Origin: Glycera tridactyla
Taxonomy: Eukaryota
DNA length: 64,000 nt
Assembly: GCA_965644265.1 (NCBI GenBank)
Contig: OZ286474.1
Location: 57,598,001-57,662,000 of the forward strand
Direction of reading: 5' to 3'
The translations under genes and the position numbers were made by a program. Below are positions 13,401 through 26,924 of the stretch, in pieces. Each line of letters opens with the position of its first letter. Within the stretch, counting starts at the first letter, position 1. The notes beneath the pieces were generated by a model, which was not told where the DNA came from, did not search any database, and worked only from the letters and a program-made list of their open reading frames with translations.

Positions 13401-14615
13401 AGTTGAGAAAGTGTAGAGAGTCATGCATCTTCCTCTCACGAGTCTGAAGTCCAATCGCAAAAACTACCGCCTTTTTCACAATTTGTTAAATTCTTATTCG
13501 TGCGGGTGTGGTCAGTCATGCATCTCCTCCCACTTTCTAATCCTACCAAAGGAAGGGCCATTGAGCTGACCCTAAGCTCACTACGTGACTAATTTGCCAG
13601 AAACATCTTGCCAGAGTCATATGGATCAATCCCATGATCTCAGAGTGACAACGTTTTCGATACCAGAAATGACACATCGACTGTCTGTGTATTTTGAAAA
13701 TGTCAGTTGGGGTTCCATCCTGTCAGGCCCTCAGCATGAGCGTCACAATATAGCACGCAATGCGTTGACGTCAAGCTGAACAGGACCAATCGATCAACCA
13801 CTTTCAGATTATGTTGAAGGCAGCATTGAGGGATTTCAGTCGGTCACGCACCTTTCTCACCCCTTCACCGGGATTTCTGATTTCGAACTATTTCGAAGGT
13901 ATTTCAGACAGTCAAGCATCTAATCTCTGTCACTGACTCTAATACCCTGAATGCGCACCGTAAGTGTCTGATCGAAGTTGATAATGACGATGACAACTGC
14001 ATGTAGCTGAGATTTTAAACGAATGGTACCAGTTTAGTGGTAGTATTATAAAAAGTGGCAACAGAGTGGCCACNNNNNNNNNNNNNNNNNNNNNNNNNNN
14101 NNNNNNNNNNNNNNNNNNNNNNNNNNNNNNNNNNNNNNNNNNNNNNNNNNNNNNNNNNNNNNNNNNNNNNNNNNNNNNNNNNNNNNNNNNNNNNNNNNNN
14201 NNNNGAGAGAAATGCTTCAAAGTTCGATTACAGGTAGAGAGGGTTGTGCGCTTCCAATTCAGATCTCAGGAATAGCTAACGGTTGCATTGGGGTGTTAAA
14301 AACCTTTCCTGCTTTGAGACTGATATTGGGATGGAATCGAGTCAATCAGTGACAACTGTCCAACGACCAGACATGTTACAGAGAATAACCTACACCAATT
14401 GGGACCCAGCAGTTTGGGACCTGACTAGGGTTCATCATTATGCGTCGCGATCCTGCCGCTTGTGTTATTCAAGTCATTATGCCCAGAATTTTCACCCTTT
14501 CAATATCCGAATTTACCCGAAATTTCAAATGCTGAACCAGAGACATGGATCTACAATTTTGATATTTCTGTCGACACCGATGAAGGAAGACAGAGACCAT
14601 TTGCAATGCGTAATC

Positions 14616-14621
14616 TTTATT
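14616..14621 (-). terminator. Candidate AATAAA polyadenylation signal of the giant minus-strand gene
   Basis: TTTATT on the + strand, ~300 nt past the stop at 14921. Confidence 0.4.
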
Positions 14622-14920
14622 GTGTTTGATACATAGTCATCAACAGTCAATAAAGATATGCTTAAATTCAACAATGATATATGTATAACAATGGATAACT
14701 CCTAGGCCTTCATTACGTCATGCCTTACAAGTGAAGTAGAAAGTTCGTACTTTGCTCAGAAGGACCGAACACTAGGAATTTTGCCAAATGTTCGGATCAG
14801 AACCAACTCATTGAGTTAATGAAAGATTTTCGAACAGTCCAACTCTATACTTCACAGAAGACAGCACTGGGGAGAATCGGGCCCAGAGAGAGAGAATAAT
14901 ATCGTATTTTATATTGGTTT

Positions 14921-15920
14921 CTATTCCGATTCGATCTCCTCGGTATTGCTGGTGGGGCAGGTCTTGGGCATACAATATGGATTGGGTCCAAACAGCCATT
15001 CCTTGAGACCACAGTGTTCTGGGTGGCCGCAGTTGGTACATTGGTTTCGGTTGTGCTCGCCACAGTGGCAGCCATAGTTTTGACAACAGGCACAGTCGGT
15101 ACGCAGTTTGTCGAAGGGACAGGGACATCCAGAGAAGGAGCTGGTCCAACCATCTACGTTGTACTCCATGTGACGCACACTCGCTGCAAACAAACAAGAT
15201 TCAGAGTCACAGGATGAGAACCATCATTTCTTTTTCGATCTACCTATGTGAACGTTTCACTATCTCCCTATCTTTCTCCATCCATCCCTCCATTTCATCC
15301 CAATCAACCTAGCTATATATTCTTTTTTCCTCCTTCTCTATCTCACTCGCTTCATATTCTTCTCTTTTCTTCTATTTGTCCCCCTCTTCCCTTCCAGTCT
15401 ACTCTTTTTATCTAGTTTCCCTCGCTTTCTGTCGCTCTCTCTCTCTCTCTCTCTCCATCTATCTATCTCGCATTCTCTCTCTGACTCCCTCCAACTTTCT
15501 TGCTGTATTTGTCTCACTTTCTGTCTTCACCCCTCTCTGTCTCTACCCCTCTCTCTGTCTTTCTCTCCATTCTTTCTCTACATCAATCCTAATCGTCATC
15601 TCCATGTGCCCACCTCTGTTCCACCTTGCACACAGTTTGGTGCTAATGTGCTATTTGACCTCCGTTTTCGTTGATTGATATTTGCATTTTATGTCTGTTA
15701 TTTTGAGGAGGAAGTGGTGTAGTTGACTTACGTGTGCCGCAGTTGTGTGGGTAACCACACTGTACACATTGATGTCTGTTACTTGATGGACACTGACAGC
15801 CACCATCCTCGCAGCAAGCACATTCCAGGTTGGATGGGTCGAAGTAACAGGGACATCCTGATGGTGAACGGGTCCACACATCCTTCTCCAACACAGGGAT
15901 CAGACTGTCATCATCAGCAT
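14921..15920 (-). CDS. Exons 48-49: two tandem 10-Cys modules at the C-terminus
   Basis: Exon 15920-15732: ...DVWTRSPSGCPCYFDPSNLECACCEDGGCQCPSSNRHQCVQCGYPHNCGT. Exon 15183-14921: ...DGWTSSFSGCPCPFDKLRTDCACCQNYGCHCGEHNRNQCTNCGHPEHCGLKEWLFGPNPYCMPKTCPTSNTEEIESE*. Joined in phase 1. Confidence 0.9.
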
Positions 15921-18900
15921 CTGTAACAAATTATTTGGAAATCGTAACGTATGGTGCTGTGATAGGGTGCTATGTGATGGGATCAGATGAGGTGATTGAA
16001 GCGGACTAGGTTGTGATATAATGTGATTGGATCGGATGTGATTAGATGGAATTCAATATAGATTGATGAGATGTGGTGCAGCGGGATGAAAGGCAATATA
16101 ATCTGATGTAATCTTATATAAAGGGATGATGTGGTATGATGTATGACGCATTGTGAGATGTAGGTAGAATTAGATGGGGTGGGCATGGTGTCGTGTAGTG
16201 TGATTTGATGGACTATCGGTTGGGATGGGACGGAATGTGATGCATTGTGGAGGGACGAGATAGGATGTGATGGGCTGTGATATGTGTGAAATATTTCCAC
16301 TCGAGCTCAGGGAACAGGAATTGAATTTGAGCCTTGTGCCCTGATGGCTACCACCATAACTACAAATATTAATAATTCAGCGGATTGTCATCTTGATGAA
16401 GTGCAGAGAGTGACTTTCCATCCGATATTGAAATATGTATCAACTTCAATTTGACCATAACAGATCAAGCATTATATCATAGTCAATCTGCTTTAGATAC
16501 CACGGCGGTGAGCCGTGGGTCAGCTTCGATGTCAAACTTGGTGCTCTAGACAGAGAAATTCCATTTTAATTAATCTTACCTCTGAAACCGTAAAGTTCGA
16601 CTCGCAGACCGATGAGATAGTGCCACTTCATGATGATGAAACGGACAACACGAGCTTTGATGGGAGTACCGAAGATGCGATGGAGACAATGATGCTTGAC
16701 AGTGAACTGGTCCATGTTACCCTCGAATACCTGTTATAGGAAGAGCGGAAGAGTGAGTGAATATCACCCTATACGGCTGTGAACATCAACAGCAGCACCA
16801 TCATGCACAACAACAACAGTGAAGAACAGTGATATTGAAATAAAGAAAAATGACAATGAACATTGTCAACGTCACTATCATCATAATGGCCATCCTTATG
16901 ATCATGATCGTGGTCATGATGCTGTTGGACCAATCTCAGACTGCGTGATTTCGGGATGGTGATGCTTGCATCCAGGACAGTTTTGTTAGTGTTACCCAGC
17001 TCCTACTGGCCCGACTCATATTCAGTGGATTGAGTCATCATTTGGCCTCTTTTTTATCCGATATCATAATCATCACCCAAACAAGGTTTCACTACTGAAA
17101 ACACATTTCCCAACTCCCTCGGATCTATTGTTCATGATGCAATATAAATACCTAGATGAACTTTTGATTCAACCAGCTCTCAGAACAATCTGATGGTTTC
17201 CGTTCAGATCTAATGGAAGTATTCAGGCACAAAGCTATATACTTATGCATCTTTCAGTAGGGAAGATTACGGAGATGGCCACATGCACGAAATCTTTTTT
17301 CTTATTTCTCAATTTTGTACAGATGGCCGCAAATAAATCATATTAGGAACCCAGACATTGACCCCCTGCCAAAGATCCATGTCCTTGCAGGATGATTCAG
17401 CTCTGCCTGATTTGTATATCAAACGTACAATATGTCCTCAAATTGTCCTAGGTATTGAAGAATATGGTTTCACTACACTTATGTGAATGTCTAACTTACC
17501 AGGTGAGCGGTGTCATTGGCCTTGAGGATCTCGAAGTTGATTCCATCGAGTGAGATAGCTATTTTGTATGAGATAACCCAGGCATACTCCACTGTGTGAC
17601 CCTGTGTGGCGATACCGTGAATTGGCAGAATCTTTCCCAAGTCAACCTGGAAGAAGATAAATAAGATAATATGCAGGCACGAGTGAGAGTATAGTGAGCT
17701 ATGAAGATTAGAGGATTTCTACATACTGATGGTACACTTGTACTGAGCAGTGTATGACATACAAAAGGGAGACGCGAGAACATCCGTTCAGGATTTCTGA
17801 TGTTTCCGAACATTATCTTCATCGCCGAAGAAACCCTATTTTGGGGTGACTGTATTGTAACGTTATATCACATTTGAGGCGATAAATACGAACGAATGAA
17901 CAATAAAAGAGTCACATCGAGTGACATAATCATGACTATCTAGTTGGTCAGTATCTTGTCAAGGTCTGTGGTTATTCGTGCATATATTGAAGTTCAATAC
18001 GACGAAATGTCTCAGTAACAGAGGTTGTACACCATGAATTTTGACTGATATCTTAGTCCAGATCAACAATAATCATGAGCTGAACAGCAAAAAAGCAGGA
18101 TTTTGAGCCAAGATTTTTCTTTTTTCTGAGACAAATCCTGGATCGGAGGAATTCCAATTAGATTGAGATCTATTATCGACTGTGAATCAAAGTCGTCAGG
18201 GTAATTTCAGCTGTTGATAGAGCTGGTCAACGTAGATTGGTTTATTTTACCTCGATCCATTCTTCTGACTGGTTGTGTCCTGAGATCCATCCTCCATCTC
18301 GATCCAGACGTCCTCTATAGGCTGGCCATTCCATCTGAGATGAGCGAGCAAAGATCTGCTTGTTGACAATCACACCTGTAAGCAATCAATCAATCAATCA
18401 ATCTAGCAATCAATCAATCAATCTAGCAATCAGCGTCTGCTTTGCTTTCCGAAAGCAATAAAGTTTGAAAATCAGATGCGTTGAGGGATGTGATCCTGAT
18501 CCTTTCACCATTTTGGGAAGGAAAGCTGCATTCATGAGTATCAAATTAGATATGGTATATCGATCAAACTCGAAATGGTATATTATTCTGAAAGCTTCCT
18601 GTTGGTATCCATCATCATAAAATATTCCTATGATTCTGATATATATCTTAAGTGAGGTGTCTATTGTTATGATATATGAAGAACTTCGCATCTCTTTCTT
18701 TCACGATTCTTTGACAGCTTGGAAAGCCCGCATTCAATCAGTCAAATGATGCAGTTGTGGCGTCAATTTAATTCGAAATATGATATGGGAAGTACCATGT
18801 TCACTTACCAGATTCCATTCCAAGGGGATAAGGTAGACGCTTGAACTCCCAGATGTCCTGTTGGAAGTAGCTTTCATCATCTCCGGGTACCTCCTCCTCG

Positions 18901-21900
18901 GTATATTTTGAATTGTCTAGAAAAAGAGCAAGAAAGACGTCAATACCGCTCCTCACACAGGTCGCAACTGCTATGTAGGTAATCTGTTGGTTCATTTCTT
19001 GGAATACTTCAGGTTTCGTGGAAGACCTAAATGGTCAATTACTGACGATGAGTAATGGACACAATTTCTCACCGGGTAGCAGTGAGGTATAGTTCGCCTA
19101 CATTCAACCTTTAGTCATTATCATACCGATAGGCTAATATCAGTTCCAGCTCATCTGAGGTTTTGTCAATTTCTAATGGGATTCACTCCTTGAGGTAATA
19201 TTGTGCAATATACTGGGCAAAATTATACTGTACTCTCCCTCACTATTATGTATTGAACAGTACTGTGATGTACTTCTATGTTGTTCTGTATTCTCCGGTG
19301 CTGTACTGTACTATACTGCAATTGAGGGTGATGTGATGTTGTTTTCTTTACTTTGCCGTACAGCACTCCACTGCTCTCACCTGCACTACTGTATTGAATT
19401 TTTGCATTGTACTGCATTGAATTATATTGGATCAGGCTGAATGCTGTTGCATTGGGTAGTGTTTTTTCGAACTTTATTGAATAATCTCTCAGTTGGTCTC
19501 GTACCTGAAAATCAAATGTATTCGACACCTATTCTGCGCCATACTGTGTTGTAAAGTACCGCACTGTGCTGTGCTTTGATGGAGTGTGCTGAACTTTGGT
19601 GTACTGCACTCGACTGTGCTGCATTGTAATTTGCTGTTAGAGCAACGATATTGCACTGCGCTGTGCCGTACGGCAATGAGCCTATGTTGTGCAGAAAGCT
19701 GCTGCTCTACTGTAGTATATGTTATCTTTCTGATTCGCATTGTTTTCTACTGTACCATGGCATATTTTACCGTGGTAAGTTGCATTGATTGGTATTGCAT
19801 TATAATGTGAGATAGATACAGCAATCACATTGTATTTCATGGCATCGGGCTGCACTCTACTTACTCTTGGCGTTTTCACCATCATCCACACTCTCGCAGG
19901 TAGTCTCGGAGACGGCTTCAATGATTTGGTCAAGTTCCTCGAATTCGGTGACGTTGTAAACACGTGACTGGTCACCGGCGATGGTCACCAGCTCCTCGTA
20001 GTTGGCCTCCTTGATACCGATAGCGATCACCGTCACACCGTCATCACGTAACAAATGCGCTGACGTCTCCGTCGCCGTCGCGTCCGTCGATTCACCGTCA
20101 GTGATGACGATAGCAATCCTGAAACCCATACATACATATTTGTTTGTGTGGGTTTTTTGTTTGACTGTTCTGACTGACCCCAGCCCAGTTCTCCTCTCCC
20201 CAGTACTAGTGATGGCTGTTTATGGGTGACGGATCTAATCCTGTGGATGAATTCTGAAGTCATCTCTCTTGTGTTTGCACATCTATGTGTAAGCTGGAGA
20301 GGGGTATCAGTGTTGCTAATTAAATGCTTGAAATAAATGGAGCAAAGCCGAATACATTGTTCAATATGCCTGCTACAAGTCCCTCTGAATATCACTGTAT
20401 CTCCACTTGGTGTTGAATCACTTCACATATTTTATCTGTGAGAAGTAGCTAGTTCATATGTCAGTCTTGCTATGGTTCATGGTAGCATGTATATGGGAAT
20501 ATTAATTCATGTATCTGACACAGACCACGTGATATATCCCCGACAATGGCAAGTGAATGATCATTGATTGGTTGATGAACCGATTGATCGATTATGATTA
20601 GCCTTAAAGATGCCTTTTCATCGAGATGATTCATGATTGTGACCTGTCCGTCAGTCTCGTCTGGCTGTCTGTCTGTCGGTCCGGCTAGCGAACAGACATC
20701 TCTCTCACCGTCGCCCTCTCATGCACTCACGTGCACTCGTGCGCGTTCTCACCTGGCCACATCTGGACGTGTCAGTGTCGTGTTCAGAACGTACTCATGC
20801 GCGATATCAATACCAAGGTTAGTATAGGTGGCGCCCTTCAAATATGGGATCTCTCCAATGGCAGCCATCAGACCAGTGATGTCATCTTCGTAATCGGCCA
20901 AAGTCCATTTAGGCTAAAAGCAAACAGGAAATAACGTCTATCGATATTTTCTTATGACAATGCGTGTCCTGTTTCCGCATAAGCACCCTTGTCTGATACA
21001 GACAATAGGACATGCATGCATCACTGAATGTGTCAAGCACCGCGTCGGATAGAGCCGTCAGAGGTCAGTGACGAATTGGCCTATTACACCCTGACTACCA
21101 TTATATGAACGTCACATAGGCATCATGTGTGTATATATATGAATGAATAAAATAATATCACACTATAATATGGTTTACCGTTGGACGGAATTATATATAT
21201 CATGTTATTCACAATCACTTTCGAATCTGTTGCACTGAATTTTACGTTTGTACTCGTGTTTATTCGCACTAATGGTTTATCTACGATTCGTTAATAAAAA
21301 TTGTTGATTTTTGATTGTTATATCACGGGCCTCCATTGATAGACAGTTTATTGTGGACCCTTACGGAGGGAATTGGCCTAATCCAGACCCTCATGGCCTT
21401 GGTTCTGGCCTTAGTGGCCCCAATACCTTGTTGGCATTAATATGGACACCCGCATTAATTTGGACGCCCGCACCCAACCTGTCGCAATGGCCACAAAGTC
21501 CTGCAAAGATTACTTTACATGCGACCAAAGGTGGTATTTGTGATAATGGATTAGACTGTACATTATTCACCCAACCCAACTCGTTGCGAGCAGAGTCACC
21601 TTTATATAAATGCGACCATTTATCACACGATCAAAGTTGGTCTATTATACGTGGGTCTCAGTCTACTCACGTTATTTGCAGGGGTGATCTGGCTGGCGGA
21701 GGCATAGACGACCATGCCCACTCGCACGTTATCTGGTCCGATTACGAAGTGGCTGGTCAAGTTAGCGATGAAGTATCGGATCAATTTGAAGTTCTTATTC
21801 TTGATGCTCTTACTACTGTCGATGATGAAGGACACTTCGGCGATCTGAGTCTCGTTACAATCTGTCAAAACATAGTCAAGGGAATGTCAACATTCTGGTT

Positions 21901-24900
21901 CTTGCCAAGCAATATCCCATTTTACTCTCGGACACCAATTATAGATTACAGCTGTTCTGTCGGATTATTTCGATTTCCTCGGACCATTGGAGGGACTTCA
22001 TGAGCTAATCTCTTGAGGATTGACATCCAAGGTCACTGGCCAGATTTATCAATATTTTTCCTGAAGTCTACATTTGATTTAGATATCATAAACTCTTGAA
22101 AGATATATCAATGTTATTGTTGAAGGTTTTCCATCCTTATGAAACAGGAACTCCCTTCCGTTTTCTTCCATCTTCCCTCGAATTTGTGATTGAGCAGAGA
22201 GATAGGCAGGTGTAGTACAATGAGACTTGCAGTAAGCTGCCACTCTGCGGAAGGCCAGTGATGAATGTTCAGATCAGGTGAAGGACAGCTGCTTAGGAAA
22301 GGATAGATATGATTCTTAACTTTCTGCTATGGGTGAAGTTCATACTTACATTCAGTTTCTGTGACACTGTCGGGGAATGCTGCAATCAGGAGAAAATACA
22401 GATATCATTAAATAAGCTTGAAAGATCAATCAAGTGTATGTGATGTCATATTCTTCAGTTGAATGTATTTCATTGCATGCAATTTCAAACCATCACCAGT
22501 GGTGTTGAGATAACGTACTGGAATGATGATTCGTTTCCTCTACTTATTATAACAGCTCAGGAAAATGAACCATTTTTAGGGTTTGATTTTTTATGAGAGG
22601 TGTTAGATTTACCTATTCAACTGCATGACTATTGTTCAACTCCATGTCATAGAAACACGGTGCGCATGTGAATGTTAAGTATACTTTCATCGTGGACCAA
22701 AACTTTATCTTCGTATTTCAAAACCTAACGAATCCACCGACCATTCCTATTCATATTCTTTTCAAAGAGATTGAAATCATTTTTTTTTCAAATGAAGATA
22801 GAGCACATGAAATCACCAAATTATTGGTATTTTTAACGACATCGATCCTCAATAGTCATGCATTTCAGGCATTGACACATATACATATGACAAAGGCCTC
22901 AACGTTTGCCAATTATGAGATCTTTCATATCCTGATGATCATGCATGGTATCAGAAAGACAGAAATATCTGAAGAAAGTACCACAGTGCAACTTTTAGGC
23001 TGAATGCTTTCGAATATTTGAATCATTGGCCTGGATCTTCTAGAAATTTCATGATTAAACCAATCGGACCGTTGATTCAGGGCATCTCGTTTGCCATCAA
23101 TGAGTTCAATCAATAATAATAATTTCCTATGATTCCTTGGTCAATCAACCTGCTCGGTAAATTTTCAGTTGACGAAGTCTTCCCATATTGCGAACAAAGC
23201 TCTTCAACAGGTCTGTCTACACACCGTGTCAATCTAGTGATGCTTTCCTTGTACGATTGATCGTCAGAATGAGAACAAGAGTCAATCTTAAGAAATTTGC
23301 CCTATAGTTCTCATTTGTTGCATTATGAGCCCCAGTGTACCTGGTCTCGAGCCTGTTGACCAAGACAGGTAATGACATGAACTCATTGACGAATGAAACG
23401 ATCCAAATATCTGGATGTATGCCTGTTTCTGTGCTCTCCAATATCGAGAGCTTTGTATTATATCACTTGGCAAGCTATAATATAGTTGATATTAACATCA
23501 ATGATTTGTGCGAGACAGGCAAAAGAGACCAGTCCATGATAGATTCCCGTAGATAAATTACTGAAGCTCTTCGAAGCTCTATCTACGCGGCTTCTTATTA
23601 TGCGAGCTTTCGACTGAACATGTGAAGATGGTATGAAGATTGAAACTCACCCTCTTCAATCTGGTTTTCGATGACGGGGAAGAAATCTCCCAGGGTACCC
23701 TCGGTGTAGTTGCCAAAGTACTGTGTATCAGGGTGGAGCTTCACAGCCTGAAAAAAATCATGGATTGGTTAGCGAGGATGATGCTTGGATTCATTTGTCG
23801 TCATCTGGACTCATCTTCCTCTTCATCACCATTGTTAGATTTGACGTAGATGTCATTATATTCATTGATGTCATTATATTCATTGATGTCATTATATTCA
23901 TTGATGTCATTATATTCGCAATCGTCGTCATCATCGTGAGACTCAACTTGATTTCTGTCATGTTGTATCGCACGTTCGAAAAAAAAGATTATCTCAATGA
24001 GGTTGCAAAAATCAATCTCAATGAATTGGTGCATGAACTATTCGGTGGAGAGAAATATGAATTTATCTCCACTGAGATGACAACTCTCTAAATGCCTCTC
24101 AATCCAGGATATCCCGGCAAATGGAAATGATTGTTCCAAGTCAGTCCCGTGCACTTCAATGGCTTTCGACATCAGGCCCAAGTTGGGTGATTCACATGGC
24201 AGCTGGTTGACTCCGAGACCCATTTTCCTAATGCAGCAAATATTTTCAAATTGTCTAGGCAAGTTCTTCAAATTTGAGCCGTTCTACACCAACTAGAGTC
24301 GTGCCTACACATTTTGTGATGGAGATCCGTTACCACTATTTTCACGTTCAACACTGTAACCTTTGATTTTCTTCAATTCATTTGGTTTATCTGACGAAAT
24401 CCGTGATATGACCGTTCACGGCTTTTTATTTCTGCAATTGAGATTTCAGATCAAAGTCCCTTCATGAATGTGCATTAGTACCTGTTTTATCAAAAACCAA
24501 TTTCCGATTCGATTTTAAGGCACGCAGGTATACTTTCATATCATATATGTGGGTCACACATCCCGTAATATTCGCCCTTAACGTCGTTTTTTTATACTTT
24601 TCCTCGTTTCTCCTAACTAACCTATCTCGCTACCCGTTCTATGAATTTGTCGAGCTGGAATTGAGAGTTGTTGAGACGAGTGTGTACAGCTTAATTCCAT
24701 CTAATGTTTGTTGATGATCGTCGGATATCGAGTGTGATCTGCTTCAAGGTGACTAAGTATACATACACCAACGAAGGAGGAATCAGGCATGATGGTTCGG
24801 ATGTCGGCATATTGTCCAGCGTATGCGGTGTAGGTCTGGTAGATGTCGCCATTGTGTAGGGTGACACGCCATCCATCGGTACCTGCCAACATTAACAACA

Positions 24901-26873
24901 GTACGTATGCAATGTGTCGAGCATTCATGATCAATGTCGAAGTGTTTTAAACTTGCGACATTACCATTTGCAATTGCACCAGCGAAGGTTGGCAAAGGTA
25001 ATTTCCTATGTTAGTGAATGATTACGAATACTCTGTTGTACGCAGCGATAGAGTATGATATCTTAGGAAATTGAATAGGTCTGAATATATAATTTCTGAG
25101 ATTCAAACATGATAGCCTCATTCTCAGGAAAAAATAATCAATCACTTTCAGTTGCCCTTGTTTTTTTTCCTCGGAGTAGCCATTCATACCTGAGTGATAG
25201 TGGCGAAATGCATGAATTCCGCTCATTTATCTCTACACAGCAGTGACACCTGTGTCTCAAAAGAAATACCAGATGAGAATGTGTTTTTCCGGAACGTACC
25301 TGTGACGACGACGGAGAAGTAGTCTCCCGTTGTGTTGAACTCATTCTCGACAATTGTAACAAAGTCGCCACCGAAGTTGGCCTCAGGGTACAGGTTGAAG
25401 GTATCCTCTGCAAGAATGATCGGGAATTAATGATTTTTTTCACGATACAACATGGGAGACGCGCCACAATAATTCCTAATGTGCATTTGGCGGAGTTACC
25501 GGTTCGGTTGTCTGAGCAATGAACTAATGAATATTTGAATCAGTCAGCCAGATGAACATCCAAGATCAGCTACCATCACCTTTCTTTTTTTGTCTCTATA
25601 TGTTTTTCTCCTGTCCAGCACTTTAGCGCTATCTTTTTTTTTGTCACTGCATCTCTCAATGTATATCGCTTTCCCAGTTCTGTATCTGGTTCTGTATCTG
25701 GCCCTGACGCTTTGTTTGTATCCATCTCACTGTCCCTCATTCTGTCTCTCACCCTCACTTTGTCTCTCCCTCTCTATCTTTCTCTCTCGTCCACTCTTGT
25801 TCACTCGCTTTCACTCTCTTTCACGCTCTCTCTATCTCTCTCTTCCTCTCTCATACTATCTGTATTGTTTTCCCACTCACCCAGTTCGCAGTTAGCAACA
25901 AGACCACTAACAACCATGGTATCAGCAACTTCCACACCCTCGTAATGGAAACTGCGTCCATAGCAACCACCTGCCCAGTCAGCATCCGAGTAGGCCCTCA
26001 GGAACAACGTCCATGCAACGCATTCTTGCTCCTATAATAGACAACAACAGGAGCATATTCCAGTTTTAATCATCAAACATTTGTTTTGTATCAATACATG
26101 AACTGATCATAGAGTTCGTTCGGATGATTCGGCATTCGTGATGTTTATACACTCAATAGATCACTCACTACTGATGTTACTACTCTGGATTCGAACTGTG
26201 ACTTTGGTGATAGTGGATGGAAATCATTCTGTCAGGTTCGATCCTCTACTCTACTGTTATATGGAGATGGTCAGAAGATAGAGGTGGTCACTATTGATCG
26301 TATTGATATAAGTTGATGGAAATTGATGGAGAACCGGATGTGAGGTGTCGTCATATGAATGAGATATGATGAACTGGCCGACCAGTCAATCATGACAGAG
26401 CTGGTACTTGTGTCCTTTGCCATGGTATGTGCCTGAATTATTGTTAGAGTCTCTGTGGGAACCGCACACGGATGTTCGGAGTTTGACAATGTCAGAGGAC
26501 GTCCATCATATATCGGATATCTCGATAAAACATACAGAAAGACGTTTGATCGAACTACATAAGAGGATTGTTGGCATACATTAATCATCAATAGGTCTGA
26601 GATCACTCTGCATTTCCAACACAGCAGACTTATTTTGAGCAAGCTATCTTTCGAGCCTCAAATCCCGACATGGATCGATAGTATTGCATCTACTATTTAA
26701 AGCGATGGATCGTTTTTCTTCTCGTTCTGTGCCAAGCGCCTTGGATGGGAACGGTTTCCCATGGGAAATGACGAAGCAATTCGGGCAGATATATGAATGA
26801 CGACGATTCCCTGCACCACAGACAATATGTCTCGGACTGATCCTGGATCATCTTCATGACACACACACACACG

Positions 26874-26924
<51 letters not shown>

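Noticed and set aside
21311-22003. 230-aa + strand ORF
   Set aside because: Antisense shadow of vWA exon 41 plus intronic sequence.
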